A DNA stretch of 47,552 bases from Sphaerodactylus townsendi (taxonomy: Eukaryota): NCBI RefSeq assembly GCF_021028975.2, contig NC_059425.1, positions 128,232,449-128,280,000 of the forward strand. Reading direction: 5' to 3'. The notes below the pieces were generated by a model that was given only the letters and a program-made list of their open reading frames with translations, had not been told where the DNA came from and did not search any database. A program made the translations under genes and the position numbers. Numbering within the stretch: position 1 is the stretch's first letter; each line of letters begins with the position of its first letter. Positions 35,980-47,552 of this stretch are shown in pieces.

Positions 35980-36146
35980 TGTATTGTCGAAGGCTTTCAC
36001 GGCTGGAATCACTGGGGTGTTGTGGGGTTTCTGAGCTGTATGGCCATGTTCCAGTAGCATTTCTCCTGACATTTCACTTGGATCTGTGTCTGGCATCTTC
36101 AGAGATTCTCTGAAGATCCATACAGCCTGGAAACCCAACAACACTC
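35980..36146. mobile_element. Short palindromic Penelope-derived element
   Basis: Same terminus tgtattgtcgaaggctttcacggc. Central inversion atcttcagag-att-ctctgaagat. Perfect 14-bp direct repeat catgtacaggaatg at 35968 and 36147. Confidence 0.8.
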
Positions 36147-36379
36147 CATGTACAGGAATGCAACCATAATCTAAGAGAAAAAGCTGGTGCTTAGCCTTTC
36201 AGCACTATTAGCCTGATGTTAAACTCTTTCAGTATTTGAATAACTGGCAGAGATGAATTGAGGTTGTGTGGGAAATTGCCATTTCTATAAAGGCTTAGAT
36301 TAGCCTAAAACTGATGCAGATAAATTAATTTTGTGTGGAACGATCAGTCTTTATTGGCTATGCGTTTTATTTTGCTCAT

Positions 36380-36587
36380 TTGTATCCTGCTTTTCTCCCC
36401 AATGAGGGCCCAGAGCAGCTGACATAATTCTTATCTATTTTATCCTCACAGCATCCCTGAGAGGCAGGTTAGGCTTGAGTGTATGACTGGCCCAAGGCCC
36501 CCTAGCAAACTTCCGTGTCAAAGTAGGGATTTGAACCTGGGCTTTCCAGATACTAGTTTGACATTCTTCACCATTGCACCACACTGG
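36380..36587 (-). mobile_element. SINE family B
   Basis: tattttatcctcaca...gggatttgaacctggg...caccacactgg. Confidence 0.75.
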
Positions 36588-36725
36588 ATTAAAGGAATGT
36601 ATTTTGCATGTTGCTTCTGATATGGCATATAGATTTTACTTGATTATATTTATGCCTCATCCTTCTTCCAAGGATGTCAAGGCACCATACCCACCTGGAG
36701 GCTATCAACTTTAGTTCCCTTAGAA

Positions 36726-36872
36726 CACAGGTGTCAAATTTGCGGCTCACCAGATGTTAATGAACTACAGTTCCCATCAGCTCTTGCCAGTATAGCCAAT
36801 TCTCATGTTGGGAAGGACTTATGGGAATTGTAGTTCATGAACATCTGAAAGGCCATGAGTTTGACACCCCTG
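36726..36872. mobile_element. hAT MITE nested in an older MITE
   Basis: TIR ca..ggtgtcaaa / tttgacacccctg. 8-bp TSD ccttagaa / ccttagag. Confidence 0.8.
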
Positions 36873-37314
36873 CCTTAGAGAAAATGACTGCTTTGGAGGG
36901 TAGAGTCTGTGAAGTCCCTCTCCTCCTCAAACCCCACGCTCCTTTGGGAGTTGGTGACTGGTTTTCCTTTTTACCCAACAGCCAACCAGCATTAATTTGC
37001 CCTTCTGTCTTTAGCTTTCCCTCCTCTGCAGTAGTTCCCATCTAGGAAAATTGTGTTCCAGTTGTGTGGTGCTGGCTACTGGGCCAGGCCCACTTGCATT
37101 GTAGGGAATGTTCAAGGGCTTGTGGTGTGGCACCTCACTTTCCTTTGTATTCCCGTCCACACACTGTTTCCTCTTTCTGCCCTCCTGGTAAGCCCCATTC
37201 TCCTGGCAAACCTCATTCTCCTGGCAACCCTCATGTCTTCCCTGCCTCATCCTGTCCTTCTCAGCCATTTTCCAACCTACCTGTTAGCTGTCTCCCATCT
37301 GCAGCTATATTTAC

Positions 37315-37530
37315 TTAATTTATACCCCACCTTTCTCCACAGTGGGGACAAAAGCAGCTTATTATTCTCCTTTCCCCCTTTTTATCTGTACAACGACTCT
37401 GTGAGGTTGGTTAGGCTGAAAGTATGTGACTGGCCCAAAATCACCCAGTAAGCTTCCGCAGAAAGATGGGGACATGAACATAGGTTTTCCAGATTCTTCT
37501 CTGAAGCTTTAACTGCTGCACTATACTGGC
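37315..37530 (-). mobile_element. SINE family B
   Basis: atttataccccacc...gtgaggttggttaggctga...gactggcccaa...cactatactggc. Confidence 0.75.
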
Positions 37531-37610
37531 TTTTGTAGAGTAGCTGCTATTGAAGAGTAACAAACAGCCAGACCTATTTGTGTAATTCACTCAGAGGTTG
37601 CTTCCAGACC

Positions 37611-37826
37611 TGGGTTGTCAGTCTCCAGGTGGGACATGGAGATCTCCCAGAATTAAAACTGTGCTCCAGATGACAGAGAACAGTTCCCTTGGAGAAAATG
37701 GCTTCTTTGGAGGGTGGATTTTATGACATTATACGCAGCTGAGGCCTCTCACCTCCCCAAATCCTGCCCTGCTTAGACTCCCCAACAAAATCTCCAGGAA
37801 TGTCCAACCTGGAGTTGGCAACCCTA
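37611..37826. mobile_element. MITE with TAGGGTTGCCA-type TIRs
   Basis: tgggttgtca ... tggcaacccta. Body similar to 26110-26311 (inverse) and to 36690-36950. Confidence 0.7.
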
Positions 37827-38771
37827 GCCAGGCTTGGACTTCATGCATCCTCCTTTAAAGGCCAAAATAGGCCTAGACAGGGCTCCCCCCATCACTTTTA
37901 CTGATACAACCTCAAGAGATTCTATATTGTTATGCAAACTTTGACCCTTTTCAGGTTTCTAAAAGGATCTGTCTTGCCCATTCACAACTCCAATCACTGG
38001 ATTGAAGATTTGACCGACTTCACTATTAGAATATAAGATGGTTCCAGTTTCCTGTAGAAGCTGGTGCTTTGGTGTCTTTAGCCCTACCCTAAACCCTGCA
38101 TAGGGATATGATGTGCTGCCAAGTAGGGGAAAACAGAAGGGCTGGACCAGCCACAAAGGTGGGAGAATGACAAATTTGTTACATTGAAATTGGAGGAATA
38201 GGCTGACTGACATTTAAGGATTTAATTTTCTGTCTTGTAATCAGAGGTTCAGGACCACAAACTGCACATATTTTTGTCCGTGGAATGTATGTAAATGCAC
38301 TTGCTAGAATAAAATAGCGTAATTGATAGCTAGCGCTTGCTGCTAAATTAGCACTCATAGTAATACTTAGCAAGTTGTTTCCAAATGTGTAGACTCTAGA
38401 AGGTGAGGACAGTGGCGGCAAGGATACATATCTTTGCCGCTAAAAAAGTAAAGCTGTCTATGTTTTGCATTGTAGTTCATCAGTACTTTATTTTATGCAA
38501 GAAAAGGGGACTTGGCTGAATTAACAGCATTCCAAGTTGGCAGAGTTCAAGTCCAAAAGACTTTGCATACATATTCTCAGTAATCCTTACTAACAACACT
38601 AAGAGACAGATTGGTATTATCTCTGTGTTGCAGTTGGAAGGCGAAAATAATAATTCCCAGGGTAATCTAATGAGTTCGCAGCTGTGAGATTTGAACGTAG
38701 TCGTTCACAGTTCACAGTTTTAACGTCTATGCCAATTCTCAATGCACTGAATACAATACTACATGAAAAAG

Positions 38772-41065
38772 TAAAAACGTAAAAAGAGCCATGCTGGATC
38801 AGACCCAAAGCTTGTCTCGTTCAGCATTCTGCTCACACAGTGGCCAACTAGCTACCTTCAGGAAGCCTATGCAGCAGCGGCATCCTACTTGTGCTCTCCA
38901 GCAACTGATTTAAGGAGGCAGACACCTCTGGTACTGGAGGGAGTAGATATCCATCATGATTATACACTGATAGCCCAATCTGCCATGAGTTTGTCCATTC
39001 CCCTTTTAAAGCCTTCTAATTTGGCAGCAGTTGTGGCAACAAGTTCCACAGATTAACTCCACTATGTGAAGAAATACTTCCTTTTGTCTGTCCTGAATCT
39101 CCCATCCCTTTAGCTTCAGTGGATGATCTTTGGTTCTAATATTCTGGTATCACCCTAGCCACTCTCCATGCCAGGCTTAATTTTATAAACGTTTATCATG
39201 TCTCCACTTACTTGCCTTTTTTAAAGGCTAAACAGGCTGAAGCATTTTAACTGATCCTTATAGTGCAACTTCTGTAGTTCCCTGATGATTTTGATTGCTC
39301 TTTTCTGCATCTTTCCAAGCTCCACAGTATTCTTTTTCCTGTGCAGTGACCAGAACTGTACACAGTATTCCAAGTGAGGTCTCATCAGGGATTTGCATAA
39401 GGGCAGTATGATAGCAGACATTTTATTCTCTATTCCAGTTCTTATTATGGCCAGTATGAAAGTTGCCTTTTTCACTGCAGCCACACACTGGGTTGACATT
39501 TTCATACAGCTGTCCAATACTACTCCAAGGTCTATCTGTTGCCGCCAGCTAAGATCCTCTCAGTGTATATGAGAAGTTGAGATTATTTTCCCCAATATGC
39601 ATCACTTTACACTTGCTCACATTGAATCTCATTTGCCATTTTAATTCCCATTCCTCCAATTTGAAGAGATATTTCTGGAGCTCTTTGCAATCAGTTTTCA
39701 TTAATTCATTAATTTTTAGTTGTTGTTTTTTTTACCCCGCCCATCCCCGAAGGGCTCAGGGCGGCAACATCATAAAAACATTATTACAGTAAAACTACAA
39801 TAAACACATTAAAACAGTTATACAATACACATACTGAAGCAAACCAAGATGGTGACTTACAGACCCCAATAAATCCCATTGGGAGGCTGAAAAAATATAT
39901 GTCAACCCTGCTGTCCTCTAGAAAAAGCCCAGTGGAAAAGCTCCGTCTTACAGGCCCTGCAGAAACTACTCAAGTCCCGCAGGGCCCTGAGTTCAGTAGG
40001 GAGCAAATTCTGCCAGGTAGGGGCCAGGACCAAAAAGGCCCTGGCCCTTGTTGAGGCCAGCTGGATACTTTTTGGGCCAGAGATTTCCAGGAGGTTCCCC
40101 TTCGAACAACGGAGGGACCTACTTGGGCAATATGGGGAGAGGTGATCCCTATGGTTTGTGGGTTCAAGACTGCTCACTTAAAGGTCGAAACAAATACTTT
40201 GAAGGTTGAAACAAATACCTTGCAGATAACCTGGTACTCAATAGGCAGCCAATGAAGGTGGTACAGGACAGGTGTTATATGATCCCTGCTAGACGCTCCA
40301 ACTAGCGGCCGCATGCTCATCAAACTTTAATTTCTGGATTAGGTTCAAGGGCAGGCCAGCATAAAGCAAGTTACAATAATCCAATCTTAACTACCCTAAA
40401 TAATTTGGCCATTTTACTACTCATTTCTAATTCCAGGTAATTTATGAACAAATTGAAAAATGCTGGTCCTGCTACAGATCCCTGAGGGACCACACTACTC
40501 ACATCCTTCCATTGTGAGAAATGATCAAATCCCTTTTCACTCATAGTTTCCCTTACTGCGCTTGTTAGCCATGCTGGTGACCTCTCAGACTTTCCTGTCT
40601 TTCCTGACCTGTGGTATATATTCTGAGCCTTTAGTGGAGAGGTTTTGAGAAACCTCCAAGCCCTTCAAGAGGTTTGACCCTTTTGGCTGTTCTTTTAAAC
40701 TTCTTGGTTTTTTTAACTAGACGTCTCATCTTGGAGAACATTCCTCTTTTGAAGTCAAATATGAGTGGGTTGGAATTTCCTAACACTTTCCCAAATACAT
40801 ATAAATTAATTTTTATTCTACTGTAATCAGTGTTTCCACTCAGTTCAACTACCCCCACAGATTGCACTATGTCTTGGGCAGGACTACTGAGGATTAAATC
40901 CAGGTTAGTACTCACTGGTTGGTACCATGACCAGTTGTTCAGAGGCCCAGTCATTTAGAGTATCTAGCAAGTTTACCTATTGGGTGTGACTAGAACATGC
41001 GTTTATCCAGGCAATATGAGTGTGGTTAAAGTTGACCATTATTAAAACATCTCCTTTGGATGCCT
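38772..41065 (-). mobile_element. Decayed CR1 LINE ORF2 and 3'UTR, interrupted by an L2-like insertion
   Basis: ORF 39221..39517 has LPL.KSL.RPHLEYCVQFWS...QKRA.K.I. The CR1 sequence stops at ~39698 and resumes at ~40388, collinear with the CR1 at 221-680. Confidence 0.85.
39699..40387 (-). mobile_element. L2-like LINE 3' fragment nested in CR1
   Basis: RDHLSPYCPSRSLR..LASTRARAFLVLAPTWQNLLP.ELRALRDLSSF.RACKTELF. Same family as 6578-7115. Confidence 0.85.
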
Positions 41066-41519
41066 CTGTGGCAGACTACACAGATAAATTAGATTCAAAG
41101 TGCGGCCAGAAACCACGAGCTAGAGAGTGAAGATCTGGATAACTGTGAGTGGTTGAGCAAAGTTGGTCAAAAGCTAGAGGAGGCTATACTCTGTGAAGGA
41201 GAGGGAAAACAGTTTTCTGTATTCCTGCTTGTGAAAATGAGAAGCCTTAGCTGATTGATAAATCCACTCTGAGGTAATTTTTAGTCTGAGGAAACAATCT
41301 GGACTGAAGTATTTTTTGTGTCAGCTTGTACTGATAGCAGTGGTACACAGATGTGTGAATTAAGAGATTGTTTTTGGGAAAGGCAGAAGTGGGGTTGTAG
41401 AGTAATTCTCCACTCAGACCCAAAAATAGAAGGGAAGGGGATACATCTTCTAATCTAGACAGAAAAGAATAATCCTAAACCAGTTGGAAAGGGGATTGTG
41501 AATTCCTTGGTCTGTTGTT

Positions 41520-41803
41520 GAGAGCTAGTGTGATGTAGAGGTTAAGAGCAAGTGAATTCTAATCTGGAGAACAGGGTTTGATTCCCCACTCCTTCACCTG
41601 AGTGGAAGAGGGTTATCTGGTGAACCAGATGTGTTTCCGCACTCCCTACATTCCTGCCGGATGACCTTGGGCTAGTCACAGTTCTTTGGAACTCTCTCAG
41701 CCCAACCTACCTCACAAGGGGAAAGGGAAAGGATCTTGTAAGCCACCTTGAGTCTCCTTACAGGAGAGAAAGGTGGGATATAAATCCAAACACCTCTTCT
41801 TCT
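41520..41803 (+). mobile_element. Squamate SINE family A
   Basis: Same head (gggtttgattcccc), body and tail as the 14566 copy. Confidence 0.85.
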
Positions 41804-42279
41804 ATTTGAGGCCAGCAAAGGTTACCTCAAGAGTAAGATTGAAGATAGGCTCAAGGTACTAAAGGAAGAGTACCGTCCCTCAAGGACCCAGTAGTTTTTA
41901 GAAACACTAAGTCAAAGCAGCTAGTTGATTCATGAAAATATAATACCAACAAAAAAAAACCACCCCTTCTCTCATATTAGAACTAAGAAACAAAAGCTTA
42001 ATCTCTCTCTCTCATCACTAAGAACCCTTTCTGAAAAGAATTGAACATTGTTTATAGTGGACTGTCATTATTAAGATTTACATTTTTGAAAAAAAAATCC
42101 AATACTATTCTTATTATCAAATAAAGATTTCTATTTGTTGGACTGGCGTAATTCTCATATACTATTATAAAGGGAGGTTGTTTTCCAGTCATTCCTGGGG
42201 CTGAGTTAAAAGCCTGAAAAATATTTTCCTGTGGGTGGGACATTTTTAAACATTTGCCTAAGGCCATTACATGTTACCA

Positions 42280-43360
42280 AGGGCAGCTCTGGTGAGAAAA
42301 TCTGCCTCATGATATGTGAAAGGTATAGGATTGTCTCAGCCGCCCTGATTTTGTTTTCCATCTTATGATCACTTGGAGTGTTTTTGTCAGAAGTAGTAGC
42401 ACATCCCCAGACAAATGTATGCTGGGGAATAGTCACCCACAGTGATTCTGTGGAGGAATTGGGCCCATTTTAAGGTTTCTAGTTTGTTAGACCTTTACCT
42501 GACATGTTCATATATATAACCCCTACTTCTACCAAGTGGCAGGCAGTACCATCCTTTCCTGTCATTCTTATAGAGTTTGTATCTGGAGGTGACTGTATCC
42601 CTCTGGTTCTTTCTTCCACCAGGTCAGGTTTCTGTTATGCTCACTATATCTGTTTTCCCCTTAAAACAAACAATCTAATGTCCACATTTTGAGTCCATAG
42701 CTGGTGACATTTGCATAGAGACTCTGTTTCTCTCTCCCCCTTAGGTTTTTATCCTCACTTTCGTTATCTGCCCAGACCCCATTTGTGCAATTGGAATCAT
42801 TTCTTCCTTTGGGATAAATCTGCCTAAACTGGCTGCTTTTCAGCTCCTGCCACATTTCCCCCTCGGTTCAGTTTAAAAGCTGCTCTGCCACCTTTTCATG
42901 TTATGTTCCAGCAGTCTGGTTCCATTCTTCTTCAAGAGTAGCCTGTTCCTTTTGTACAGGCCTGGCTTGTCGCACCGTCTAATAAATCTAAAATCTTAGT
43001 GTTCCATAGTCTAATAAATATAAAGCCCTCCTCCTACCATTGTCTCATTCAGGCACTGAGACTCCTTAAATGATCCTGTATAGCTGGCCCTGTGTTTAGA
43101 ACAGGTAGCATTTCAAAGAAAACCATCTTGGAGGTACTGGCTTTTTGTGTCCTTACTGTGCAGTCTAAATTTGACTTCTGGGAGCTATTGATTACATTTC
43201 CTTATGTCATTGGTGCCAATATGCACCACAACCACTGACTCCTCTCCAGTACTAGCTACCATGCTACTTAAATGATGAGTGATGTTTGCAGTCTTTGCAC
43301 CATTAAGGCATTTCACCATGTGGTCCATATGCTTGTCCCAAACGATTACTTGTATTTGTA
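42280..43360 (-). mobile_element. CR1 ORF1 (SGNH esterase-like) and ORF2 start remnant
   Basis: Minus strand 43203-43232 reads VVVHIGTNDI; remnant 'NGTRLL...KVAEQLLN' near 42870-42930. Confidence 0.75.
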
Positions 43361-43780
43361 ATGATAACAGAGGTGGGCTTGCTCACAACTTGCACTAAAT
43401 ATAGTGCTATATCTATCTCTCTTTGCTGTCAGTTTGCACACACCTTCTGAAGCATTCAGAACAGAAAGTAGCAATTTTAGAAAACAAAGTTCCATTAAAA
43501 TTATAAACTAAAATTACCTCATATTTGTTTGAGATGATTTTGACATCTAGAATTAAACAGGAATATTCTACACCTTGTGCTAAAGCATTGATATTAATGG
43601 TGCTGGGATATTTATTGGAATGTATTATTTAGTGATTTTGCTGTTTTATTGTAACTGATTGTGGTAAGCTGCTCTGAGCCTCTAAGGGGAAGGGTGGTCT
43701 ATAATCCTAAATAGATGAGAAAAGTGGTACTAAATGTGAATTTTTTTCAGTTGCTTGCACAAGTGGAAGCATAAGAAAGC

Positions 43781-44400
43781 TAAGCTGTGGTACCCAGTGG
43801 CTGCATTGGGCCTAAAATAGTGCCCGGAGCATGACTGCTTCCTGTCCCTCCCATTCTGCCCATCTCCCCTGCGCCCCACCTCTGTGGGCTGCTCTTGTGC
43901 AGGGAGGCCAGGAGAGGGAGGCTCGATGGGTGCAGTGGTGGCGCCCGCTGCCTAGCCCCGCCCTGCCGGCTCCCTGCAGGCCGGCTCCTGCCCTCTCCAG
44001 CCTGGGGAGGGCAGAAGCCGGCCTGCAGGGAAGCCAGCTGGGTGGGGCTTGGGAGTAGGCGGCTTGGGCAGGCACCACAGCAGTAGTGCGGCTCCTGCCC
44101 TCTCCAACCTGGTGAAGGCAAAAGCCGGCCTGCAGGGAGACCAGCGGGGCGGGGCTCGGCAGCAGGCGGCTGGAGCAGGCGCCATGGCAGCCTGGGGGGA
44201 GGGCAGGAGCCGGCCTGCAACCGTGACAAAAAACTCAACCAGCAAGCAGTGCCCCAGTATGGCAGAAAGTGCTGGCTGTTGGGACCCACCCACACCCCCC
44301 CCCAGGTGACGAAACGGTGTGCGGCTGGGGACATGGGATACCCCATCACTAAGAACCCTTTCTGAAATTTTGCAGAGCACCACTGCCAGCCATATTTCTT
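43781..44400. repeat. GC-rich interspersed element with internal tandem and inverted repeats, possibly Helitron/Helentron-like
   Basis: Repeated unit ggctcctgccctctcca.cctgg.ga.ggca.aagccggcctgcaggga (~43983, ~44090). A 24-bp terminal segment is shared with 42013-42036. Confidence 0.5.
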
Positions 44401-45313
44401 ATACTCCTGCCTTCTTACATTCAATCTGTAGTCATTGCCTTGGAGTATGAAAATGTTAATTTCCATTAGTTTCTTAAAGTGCTATGCATAGAACTGGAAA
44501 GAAGTTGCATTTTGTGGTTTGTTCGTTTCTCTCTCCATGAGAGTTTTGATCATATCTAGGCATGAACAATGGTTGTTTTGAGACAGCTTTTTTTCAGTAG
44601 TCCATGTCTGGACTGGCTAAATCTTGCCTTCTAGTGTTTTTTTTAATAACTAGCATTTGCTGGATATTTTTGTAAGTTGCATTAAGCGGTGAATCTTCTA
44701 GCTGGAAATAACTGATTCTAGTGTGTGTTGGGCCCTTGCTTGTTTGTAATACCTTTGCCCGTCTCCTCACAATTTCTATTGTCATACTGCAGTGGCTTTT
44801 GATAGGGCCTTCTGTCCCTCAATAATGAGTCATATTACTCCCAGCTTTTATTATTTTAGTTCATTAAAGTTTGAGCATCTTTGTGAAGTAATACAAGACC
44901 CTGTAATAGGCATTTATAAATGGAGAATAAGTAGGGAGTTCCTTTTTCTTTGCAAATTTTTGTAGGATTTATGAGTGAGAGCCTGGAGGATGGGTATTAT
45001 GTTCTACTGGAGGCGGGGGACATCTTGATGGTGTTTTCCAACTGGATCTCAGGGAAGCAGGAACTAGAATTCTGTCACTTCCTGTAGACCGGTTGGCGCC
45101 TACCCAGATCTCCAGTAGCGTTTCTGCTTCATCCAGGGAAAGCAGCACTTTTCAGAGCTCCTTGATTTTTTCTTCAATACTTTTTCTACAACTACCTATC
45201 TGCTTTTTCTCTTCTCTTCTATTTCCAGGAGGTCTTTTCCTTGGTGCAAACCAGGATAACCTCCTTCTCCTCCCCCTCTACACTCTTCCTCCGCCCCCCC
45301 TTCCCCCCGGGAA

Positions 45314-47146
45314 ATGGAGTGCCGCCACTTCTCTCCTCCAAAGGAGACCTTTTCTCGTTCCTCTGCCGAGAGGACGAAATCTTCTGCTGCCTCCTCAACC
45401 CACCGAGACGGAACGCAGACGACCAAGTCGGTAGGCAAGGTGTCTGCAAAAACGGCGGGAGGCAGCAAGAAAAAGGCACGCGAAAAGGGGGCGGCGTCAG
45501 CGGTGCCTGCCGCGAAGAAGAAAAAAGTGGCTGCGGGCACCTCCGTCCCTTACAGGGACGGATCGAGTGCGGGCTGTCCCCGGACTGCGGGGGATGACCA
45601 AGGAAGGGCAGAGACCGATTCAGGCGCGGCAGGGAGACCCTTCAGCCCACCAAGGCAGCCGAACGCCGACGCGGAGGAGGCAGAGACCGCCAGCGTCCCG
45701 GAGAGGGCCGCGGAGGGCGGATCTCCACCGCACGCAGTGCCCTCTAGTGCTGGATCCACCCAACACAACAGGCAAGATCGCGACGGTGGGGGGGTAGACC
45801 TGGCCCCTGCTTCTAGCTTAGTCCCTTCTCAACCCCTTCAGGGTGGATGGCAACAAGCCTCCCCAGAGCAACTCGTGGATATGTTTAGAAAAAGCATGAG
45901 GGAGGAAATTAGAGCCTATCACAGGGCTCACCACAGAAGGGCTAGATCCGTCTCAGCTTCCTCCTCTTCCCCCTCACCCACCAGATCCAGAGGGACCAGG
46001 GCTGGTCCCTCCTTTGTCCCTTCCATTTTGCCCGGGGAAGAAGGCGCCAGTGAAGGGGAATGTGAAAATTCTGACCACTTCTCAGAGCCAGAGGAAATTC
46101 CCAACGAACCCACTGATCCAATACACAGATTTTTCAAAGTGGAGGATGCAACCCTCCTCATCACCAAGGCCATCGCTGCCTTAGATTTGAAAGATCCAGA
46201 GGACGCGGTGGACTCTGCTGCACCCTCCTCTTCCTCTCAAAAACCCATAAAAGGTTGCCCCAAAGGCAAAACTGAGATCTTTCCAGACGATGACCAAGTC
46301 AAAAACTTTCTTCCCCTACCGGAATACTTCGAGAAAAGAATGAGGAAAGAGTGGCTCAACCCCTCTTCCAGCAAGTGGTTTCCTGCTAATTTCAAGAAAC
46401 TCTATACCACCCCACCTCACCTACGACGCCTCCTGCAGGTGCCCCCGGTGGACGCCCCGGTAGCCTCCCTCCAGTCAGGAGGATTAGTCTCCCAAGACGG
46501 TGATGGATCTATCAAAGACCCATTAGACAAAAGATGTGACACCATACTCAAAAGACTACATGAGAACCTAGCCACAGCCACCAAAATTTTGGCTTCCTCA
46601 GCCACGATAGCCAGAGCCGGTATCGTATGGAGCTGTAGGGTTCTCGAACTCATCCCACCTGCCCAACAGGGGATCAGGGAAGGAGTAGAGAGACTTCTCC
46701 TCACCATTTCCTTCCTGGCAGACTCCAATTTCGATGCCTTCCTAACAACCTCCCGATCACTGGCCATGGCCTCAGTCCCCAGGCGCCTGGCCTGGCTACG
46801 CTCGTGGCAAGCGGACTTCCATTCTAAACAACTCTATTCGTTTTTTCCTTTCAAGGCGCTTCTCTCTTCGGCCAGGAATTAGAACGCATCCTAGTGGAAA
46901 CTCGGGATCACAAGAAAGCCATGCCCAAATTCTACAGGGCGGATCACAATTCCTCCAAGACCAGCTCCACCTTTCGCTCTCACAGAACACTACAGAGATT
47001 CCCAAAAGAGGGTCGTAGATGGCAACCCCAACAAGGGTTTCGAAGACAACAACAACACCAACTCTAACAATAGCTTCAACCATTCCTTTCGTCCCCACTC
47101 AAAACAAGGCAAACCATTTGGAGCGGACCGCTCCAACAAATCCTGA
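45314..47146 (+). pseudogene. DIRS ORF1 (gag-like), broken by one frameshift at ~46851
   Basis: 522-aa open frame to 46882. Homology continues in the -1 frame (QGASLFGQELERILVETRDHKKAMP...SNKS*) to TGA at 47144-47146. Confidence 0.8.
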
Positions 47147-47552
47147 CTATGTTCCTCCAGTAGGCGGCCGCCTCCATCTCTTTCAACACCAATGGACGGG
47201 CGAGCACGTGGACCGCTGGACAAAGGAAATCATTCAAACAGGATACACTAAGTAGAATTCAAAAAAGATTCCTCCCTCCCTCGGCTGAAATGCTTCCCAT
47301 CAACCTAATCTCTATCATAGGGCTAGGAGAACGCAGCTTGCCATTCAACACCTGCTGACCATCAAGGCAATCGAGCCAGTACCCAAGCAAGAAAGATCCT
47401 TGGGCATATTTTCTCACTTCTTTACCGTTCCCAAAAAGAACGGAGATTGGCGAGCAATACTAAACCTGCGGTTCGTCAACCAACACATAAGACTGCACCG
47501 GTTCCGGATGGAAACCCTTCGCTCGATAACCGAAAACCTACGTCCAGGGGAC
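47145..47552 (+). pseudogene. DIRS ORF2 reverse transcriptase N-terminus, disrupted around 47250-47330
   Basis: RT motifs as above. In-frame TAG at 47253-47255 where 'GY.IEF' is expected. An open RT frame resumes from ~47343 to the window end. Confidence 0.85.

Larger units (their letters stand above)
44985..47552 (+). mobile_element. DIRS1-like tyrosine-recombinase retrotransposon, 5' part; 5' boundary approximate, runs off the window
   Basis: Gag-like ORF with motifs P.VDAPVA, IKDPLDKR, RRLAWLRSWQAD and PF.G..LFG..L. Followed by the DIRS RT N-terminus GGRL..F...W.....DRW..EIIQTGY and KAIEPVP...GIFSHFFTVPKKNGDWRAILNLRFVNQHIRLHRFRMETLRSITENLRPGD. Confidence 0.9.

Noticed and set aside
43780-44466. 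228-aa Pro/Ala-rich ORF and its overlapping ORFs
   Set aside because: By-product of a GC-rich repeat; no recognisable domain.
46838-46855. Programmed -1 frameshift at TTTTTTCCTTTC in DIRS gag
   Set aside because: No correctly phased slippery heptamer. The 'PF.G..LFG' motif is better restored by a one-base deletion or an error.
45314-46882. Novel or domesticated host gene
   Set aside because: It is directly followed by DIRS RT and has no introns; nothing indicates domestication.

Overview
Vertebrate genomic DNA, by its repeat content most likely a squamate and probably a gecko (inference). There are two N gaps (56-217, 1753-1923). The + strand carries the 3' half of USP45, a ubiquitin-specific protease: nine coding exons from 8567 to the TAG at 29154-29156, all GT-AG with consistent phases, and a probable ~3 kb 3'UTR. 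A CpG-island promoter rich in YY1/NRF1/ETS motifs follows at ~34.6-35.6 kb; by conserved synteny it probably belongs to PNISR, but no PNISR coding sequence is visible. The window ends inside a young but frameshifted DIRS-type retrotransposon (gag-like ORF plus the start of RT). The rest is dense with nested mobile elements: CR1, L2-like and RTE LINEs, two SINE families, Penelope-like elements, hAT/SPIN MITEs and a Harbinger-like MITE. I cannot support a wholly new multi-gene system. The best leads are a minimal hammerhead-ribozyme motif in a TSD-flanked Penelope element on the sense strand of a USP45 intron, a SPIN MITE with a MIR-like interior, inverted SINE pairs bracketing USP45 exon blocks that would circularise into stop-free ORFs, and a consensus internal donor 6 nt into a USP45 exon. 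Family names and human comparisons are from memory and were not checked by search.
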